21,165 bases of DNA from Tubiluchus corallicola (Eukaryota > Animalia > Priapulida). Positions 16,124-21,165 of the stretch are shown piece after piece. The stretch is taken from positions 1-21,165 of the forward strand of contig JAQGDQ010001915.1 in NCBI GenBank assembly GCA_030141605.1. The letters are read 5' to 3'. The position numbers and the translations under genes were made by a program. The notes below the pieces were generated by a model. The model did no database searches. It saw only the letters and a list, made by a program, of their open reading frames with translations, and was not told where the DNA came from. Positions within the stretch are counted from its first letter, which is position 1. The number at the start of each line of letters is the position of its first letter.

Positions 16124-16741
16124 TTAATAAGCTTTTTCACAGTTCCAGCGATTGATGGTGATCGTGAAAAGGTCAGAGGTTAAGTCTACCAGACAACGCA
16201 TTTGTGTACACTTGACAACGCCTCGCAGCCATGCTATTGTAATAGTAACAGTATTGTAATAGTAATAGTTTTAGCAACTAGCTAGAACCTTGCCTAGTTC
16301 ATTTTTTCTTGTTCCCAAGCAGGATCTTGCTAGTAAATCGCTCTAGTAAAATCCACGTAAAACAACTGAAGTTACTGAACTGATATATATAATGCTTACT
16401 GTTACATAGGTGAAAACAAGTACATAATTCAATTTTATTATTTTTGATTACTGATCATCGGCACTGCATGCGAAAAATTTATAGACAGAACTGAGTTCAG
16501 GTGGATGATTCAATAACGTATGTTCTTCGCCACCCCTTCCCATTTGGTTGGCTATATATGTTACTAAACTTTAACTAATGTTGTATGTTTGGGAAAAACA
16601 ATAAATGATTTCATTTGATTTGATACGACAGACAGCTTTGCTTTACCAACGTGTCACGTGACAGTTGCAGTTACGACGCGTTGCTGTGGCACGCTTAACC
16701 TTTCACCTGCAGCAAGTGCGCATGCGCACAACGAAACTGTG
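16124..16741 (-). repeat. Right copy of the long-range inverted repeat (partner 317-926); occupies the putative 3' UTR of the homeobox gene
   Basis: Reverse complement matches 317-926; starts 10 nt after the homeobox stop codon; carries a private 17-bp tandem duplication TATTGTAATAGTAA(C/T)AG at ~16235-16268 and a - strand AATAAA at 16434-16439. Confidence 0.95.
16652..16729. promoter_or_regulatory. Perfect palindromic CLEAR/E-box (TGTCACGTGACA) and NRF1-type (GTGCGCATGCGCAC) motifs
   Basis: 12-bp palindrome at 16652-16663 and 14-bp palindrome at 16716-16729 in a CpG-rich patch. The motifs are seen directly; function is unproven. Confidence 0.4.
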
Positions 16742-16751
16742 TAAGGCTTAT

Positions 16752-17057
16752 TTATCTATACAAGTATTGCATTTCCAGAGCCGCCAGATGTTCATTGGCT
16801 TTTTTTCTCAAAGACACGATGCTCGTCGTCTTCCTGTCTTCTTCTTTTTCGTTCGTTTCCGTTCTCTGAGTATCTGAAGCACGCAGCATGCCTATTTGTC
16901 TTCCAGGAATAATGCACTGATATGGAAACGGGAGCTCGGTGTTTCTCGTGAAGGGATACGGATGCAGACTGGAAGTGTGTTGGGAAGAAAGAGGATTTCC
17001 GTCGTGTATCTTCTCTGTGTCAACCAGCGTGGTGATGTCATGTTGTGTATCATCTTC
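16752..17057 (-). CDS. ISX: Homeobox gene last exon (101 aa, OAR domain at ~16776-16835)
   Basis: Acceptor gccatgtttag|GAA; EDDTQHDITTLVDTEKIHDGNPLSSQHTSSLHPYPFTRNTELPFPYQCIIPGRQIGMLRASDTQRTETNEKEEDRKTTSIVSLRKKANEHLAALEMQYLYR*; TAA at 16754-16752. Not in the ORF track. Confidence 0.88.
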   Translation of the reverse strand, partial: EDDTQHDITTLVDTEKIHDGNPLSSQHTSSLHPYPFTRNTELPFPYQCIIPGRQIGMLRASDTQRTETNEKEEDRKTTSIVSLRKKANEHLAALEMQYLYR

Positions 17058-17964
17058 CTAAACATGGCACAAGCCAAGAAACGCTGCATTAATCATGATT
17101 TTTACATCTTTTATTGAAATCACACAACTGGCTGTGTGAAGGCATGTAAATTTTCATAAAATCATGTCAGATATCTGAATTAAGATGTGTAAATTTGAGC
17201 CGTACGGAAACGTGTAACGTATCACGCGTCACTGTTTAGAAAAACTTCTCTATTCCGAGAAAGTTGTTTTGAAAAGGCGAAATTTGCAAAAAAACCTTCG
17301 ATGACGCATAAAGTTAATCCATAGTACCGCTTTCTAAAAATTTTCCGGCGTGGTAGTAGCCGCCATTCACTTATGACGTAACTGGTGGACTTCGTGAGAT
17401 TTCGTAAGTGTGTCTTTCCGTAAACGCTGCTTAAACTAATTCACTCTTGTGCAGCTCAATTAATATTCATGCAAAAACATCACATAATTAGCTGTCTAAT
17501 TTTTTTGTAGAAACTTTTTATATTTTGATAAAAATTGACAGTGCGCTGCTTTTCTTCAGCTGATATTCGACGTTATTGGTGGAAAAATTGCCATTCAAAA
17601 TTGGAACATCTAAGCGTGAAATGATCGCGGCTTTAAAGTGATTTTACCAATTACTCAATGCAGTTATTCTACTTTTATTGCCAAGTCCTTCTAACATTTT
17701 TCGGGAACATTGAAATGAGCATAACTTCCCAAAAATGTTGACCGCTCCTTTAAGCTAAAAGGGCTGGCAAAACTGTCTAAAAACAGGTAAATTCAAAAGA
17801 GATAATTTTCAAATGATACTTACAAGTGAGTAAGAAGGTTTAACAGTGTGAGGTTTAGGCGCAGGTACCATCGTTTCACAACTATCGGTCAGCTCTTGTA
17901 GTCCTCCGAAATTTCCCAACTTTTCGTGTTTCCTCCATTTTGCTCTTCTGTTCTGGAACCAGAT
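16752..17964 (-). CDS. ISX: PRD-class (Q50 paired-like) homeobox transcription factor with OAR domain, ISX-like; 5'-partial: complement(join(16752..17057,17824..17964))
   Basis: Two phase-0 exons separated by a 766-bp GT-AG intron. IWFQNRRAKWRKHEKLGNFGGLQELT resembles ISX (WRKQEKIGNLGAPQQLS, from recall); C-terminal RKTTSIVSLRKKANEHLAAL is an OAR motif. PRD class is secure; ISX orthology is probable only. Confidence 0.8.
17690..17753. mobile_element. Possible TTAA-target (Kolobok-like) element end within the homeobox intron
   Basis: - strand TTAA AGGAGCGGTCAACATTTTTGGGAAGTTATGCTCATTTC resembles a TTAA+AGG terminus; no matching opposite end found. Confidence 0.25.
17824..17964 (-). CDS. ISX: Homeobox exon: homeodomain residues 47-60 plus linker (47 aa)
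   Basis: Acceptor tctgctttttcag|ATC, donor CTT|gtaagt; IWFQNRRAKWRKHEKLGNFGGLQELTDSCETMVPAPKPHTVKPSYSL. A phase-0 intron between homeodomain codons 46 and 47 is the typical PRD-class position. Confidence 0.93.
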
Positions 17965-18433
17965 CTGAAAAAGCAGACAATCGCCAATCAAGTCGTTATC
18001 AGAATTTAGTTTTGATTTCTTCCTGGGATGATAAAGACCCAAGTAGAGTTCTCCTTGTCAGCAGTAATAGCTAGGTTATCTTGATTATCTTGGTTATCTT
18101 GATTGATTTAGGTTATCTAGGTTTTGTAATGAAAATAGACCCAATCTTTTTCGAATTAAAAACATACTGAATTAAATAATTCGATCGTATGAATCAAACC
18201 GTCGTAATATTTAAAAGAAATCATTTTTTTAAAAGTTACTATCTAAAAGTAAGATTTGTGAAAAAATTAGAAATGAGCCTGGATTCGAACTAGGGAACAT
18301 TTAAGTGTTCAATAGAATTTGGGGCAAATATTTTTGCAGTGCAGCTATGAGATCAAAAACGCTACGCGAGGACCGCTTTAGCCTTGCGCTTTGAAAGACT
18401 GGACTTGCAAGACAAACAAAGATTGTAAACATA

Positions 18434-19115
18434 CCGTATTTTCCCATGTATAAGAGACCCTTGTGTATAAGAGACCCCTTCAATTTTTAGGCAAAAATTC
18501 TGGAAAAAAGTTTTTTGGTAATGAATAACTTTATTCATCATAGAAATCATTAAATTCCTCAAGTCTCTTCTCCGTTCTCATTGCTCTCCACCATCTCTCT
18601 AGCAATCCTCCTCCCTTGCTCCATGATCATCTTTGTAGACACTGACAATCCACTCATCCTCTGAGATTGGACCCAGTGTTTGGCCAAGTCGCAGGTTTAG
18701 GATAAGAATATCGCTTCATAGTCGAACGCGACACGCCTTGCTTAGGCTGACTCATCTCGTTGACCTCTGTCGACGTATCAATGACGTCGACGGGCATGCA
18801 GAGAGCTTATGCAGATGCATTGATTGGCTGCAGAACAATCGATTTCTCTCCAATACCAAAGAGACATTTAAAAAAATAATAACTTACCCGGTACATTAAT
18901 TTTATCATTAGAATTTAGCCATGGAGAAGATTTATTGAAAGGAAACTATAATTATTCGAAATAAAACAGTTGTAGAGCACTTATTTCTTTAAAATCATTA
19001 GTGTCACAATTTATGCATCTTATTGAAAAGACTTACTCCCATGTATAAGAGACCCCCTATTTTTAAAGTGAAAATTCTGAGCAAAAAAGGGTCTCTTATA
19101 CACGGGAAAATACGG
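18434..19115. mobile_element. Tc1/mariner-superfamily (Tc2-like) MITE, 682 bp, complete
   Basis: 29-bp TIRs CCGTATTTTCCCATGTATAAGAGACCCTT / AAGGGTCTCTTATACACGGGAAAATACGG (1 mismatch); TA TSD at 18432-18433 and 19116-19117; internal copies of TGTATAAGAGACCC near both ends. Confidence 0.93.
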
Positions 19116-19117
19116 TA

Positions 19118-19600
19118 TGCCAAACGAAACAATACTTTAATAAGGAGGAATTTCAAGTACCTAGATCTGAAAACTTTTAAGCTTCTATATGTGGCACTTG
19201 TGCGATCAAGAGTGGAGTATGGAAGTAGTATTTCGAATAGTCCTAGAGCATATATAGTGGACCCAGTCGAAGCTTTCAATATGTTACCTGAACTAATGAA
19301 CTTGTCGTATGAAAGTGAGTTAAAACGAATAGGTTTAACTACATTAGCTTTTAGAAGTTTGCGTGGCCAACTAACTGATGTATACAAATATGTATCTGGA
19401 GTTCACAGCTGTGATGATTGTCCTGTTAAATTAGAACTACATCGCACAGCAAGATCAGGTCCTATTCTTCAAAAATCAAGAACTACACGCAAAACTGGTA
19501 AATACGACTATTTTTCTTGTACGATGCCAGAAATCTGGAATAGATTGTTGTAATTACAGTCGAAGAACTATTTGTCTTAAAAGTTATATTATAACTACTG
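19118..19600 (+). mobile_element. CR1/L2-group LINE ORF2 3' fragment, degenerate (A)
   Basis: AKRNNTLIRRNFKYLDLKTFKLLYVALVRSRVEYGSSI...LSYESELKRIGLTTLAFRSLRGQLTDVYKY...YFSCTMPEIWNRL matches CR1-type post-RT motifs (LYxxLVRxxLEY, SYEERL, RRLRGDL, WNxL), with an internal deletion and a stop. Confidence 0.88.
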
Positions 19601-19611
19601 GAGATTTACTG

Positions 19612-19765
<154 letters not shown>

Positions 19766-19779
19766 ATAGTATTTAGATG

Positions 19780-20290
19780 TTTCTACACTAAAACAAAGAA
19801 GCTTTACTTTCAGCATATAAGTCCTACATAAGATGTTTGTTCGAATACTTCACACCAGTCTGGAATCCTGTAACTTTGACTGACTGTGTCAAAAATGTTC
19901 AAAGATACTTCACTAGACGTTTGTGTAGAAGATGTAATATAAACTAGACAGATTACTTTCATAGACTACAGTTTCATATGCTTAAGTTACAGTCATTAGA
20001 AATAAGAGGGTTAATTTTTGACATAAAAATGGTTATAAATTTTGTGATAATCGTATAGGATTACTGTTTCACGACTTTTGCATTTTGGGCTTAGGAGGCA
20101 TGACTTCAAATTATAAAGAAATTTCTGCAGACTGAATATTTGCAAATACTCTTTTTGTAACGGAAATGCAGATATTTGGAATTCTTTAACTTATGACACA
20201 GTTAGTGCCTGTTATATAGAACATTTTACATCATTGTTAGAGAATGAAAAGTTGTTGCAACATTGTAAATTTGATCGTAACTTGTTAACA
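19780..20290 (+). mobile_element. Second CR1/L2-group LINE ORF2 3' fragment, degenerate (B)
   Basis: Frameshifted pieces EALLSAYKSYIRCLFEYFTPVWNP, NVQRYFTRRLCRRC, DYFHRL, LKLQSLEIRGLIFDIKM, LRRHDFKL, CRLNICKYSFCNGNADIWNSL; clearly different in sequence from fragment A. Confidence 0.85.
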
Positions 20291-21106
20291 GAGAATGAAA
20301 ACTTGTTGCAGCATTGTAAATTTGATCGTAATTTGTTAACAGAGAATGAAAACTTGTTGCAACATTGTAAATTTGATCCTAACTTGTTAGCAGAGAATGA
20401 AAACTTGTTGCAACATTGTGAATTTGATCGTAACTTGTTAACAGAGAATGAAAACTTGTTGCAACATTGTAAATTTGATTGTAACTTGTTAACAGAGAAT
20501 GAAAACTCGTTGCAACATTGTAAATTTGATCGTAACTTGTTAACAGAGAACGAAAACTTGTTGCAGAATTGTAAATTTGATCGTAACTTGTTAACAGATA
20601 ATGAGAACTTGTTGCAACATTGTAAATTTGATCGTAACTTGTTAACAGATAATGAAAACTTGTTGCAACATGGTAAATTTGATCGTAAGTTGTTAACAGA
20701 GAATGAAAACTTGTTGCAACATGGTAAATTTGATCGTAAGTTGTTAACAGAGAATGAAAACTTGTTGCAACATTGTAAATTTGATCGTAACTTGTTAACA
20801 GAGAATGAAAACTTGTTGCAACATTGTAAATTTGATCGTAAGTTGTTAACAGAGAATGAAAACTTGTTGCAACATTGTAAATTTGATCGTAACTTGTTAA
20901 CAGATAATGAAAACTTGTTGCAACATTGTAAATTTGATCGTAACTTGTTAACAGAGAATGAAAACTTGTTGCAACATTGTAAATTTGATCGTAACTTGTT
21001 AACAGATAATGAAAACTTGTTGCAACATTGTAAATTTGATCGTAACTTGTTATCAGATAATGAAAACTTGTTGCAACATTGTAAATTTGATCGTAACTTG
21101 ATAACA
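20240..21106. repeat. Minisatellite, 51-bp unit, 17 copies
   Basis: GAGAATGAAAACTTGTTGCAACATTGTAAATTTGATCGTAACTTGTTAACA repeated head to tail; translates as 17 x ENENLLQHCKFDRNLLT (ORF 20234..21121). Confidence 0.98.
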
Positions 21107-21165
21107 GAAAGCCACCTATAAGTGCTCTGCGTGGGTGTTTCTCCCTTTTCTCTTGTGTTACATTG

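Noticed and set aside
317-16741. Maverick/Polinton or other giant transposon with ~600-bp TIRs
   Set aside because: The size fits, but the interior is host GPR143 exons with no integrase, polB or capsid ORF, and there are no typical termini or TSD.
16665-17117. ORFs 16665..16877 (+), 16892..17089 (-) and 16896..17117 (+)
   Set aside because: Off-frame or antisense shadows of the OAR-encoding exon.
18275-18300. tRNA or SINE at GGATTCGAAC
   Set aside because: Isolated B-box-like 10-mer with no A box or cloverleaf.
19023-19553. 176-aa ORF as a gene
   Set aside because: Chimera of the MITE right end and a decayed LINE ORF2 fragment.
20234-21121. 295-aa repeat protein as a bona fide host gene
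   Set aside because: TTG start, near-identical DNA units whose variants are mostly non-synonymous, and continuity with a LINE end; kept only as a finding.

Overview
AT-rich, repeat-rich animal (probably invertebrate) genomic DNA holding the 3' parts of two spliced genes that point at each other. The ORF track largely misses both. (1) + strand: six exons (2194-2282, 4047-4139, 5502-5611, 7382-7490, 8882-8999, 10541-10783) splice GT-AG into one open 253-aa frame that I recognise as TM3-TM7 plus tail of GPR143/OA1 (ocular albinism 1 GPCR); exons 1-2 appear to lie upstream of the window. (2) - strand: two exons (17964-17824, 17057-16752) encode helix 3 of a Q50 PRD-class homeodomain, an ISX-like post-homeodomain motif and a C-terminal OAR domain; the rest lies beyond the window end. 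Around them are several MITEs (hAT-like, Tc2-like, pogo/Tigger-like), RTE and CR1/L2-type LINE 3' fragments, a Gypsy-type LTR with a tRNA-Leu PBS, two tRNA-like Pol III units and four minisatellites (32, 82, 60, 51 bp). Most notable: a ~600-bp inverted duplicate of the homeobox 3' flank inside a GPR143 intron, a foldback repeat family bracketing GPR143 exons, perfect CLEAR and NRF1 palindromes just after the homeobox stop, a tandem double PBS, and a 51-bp minisatellite that extends a LINE ORF2 end in frame. I found no prokaryotic-type system and no CRISPR array. Family assignments come from motif recognition, not database searches.
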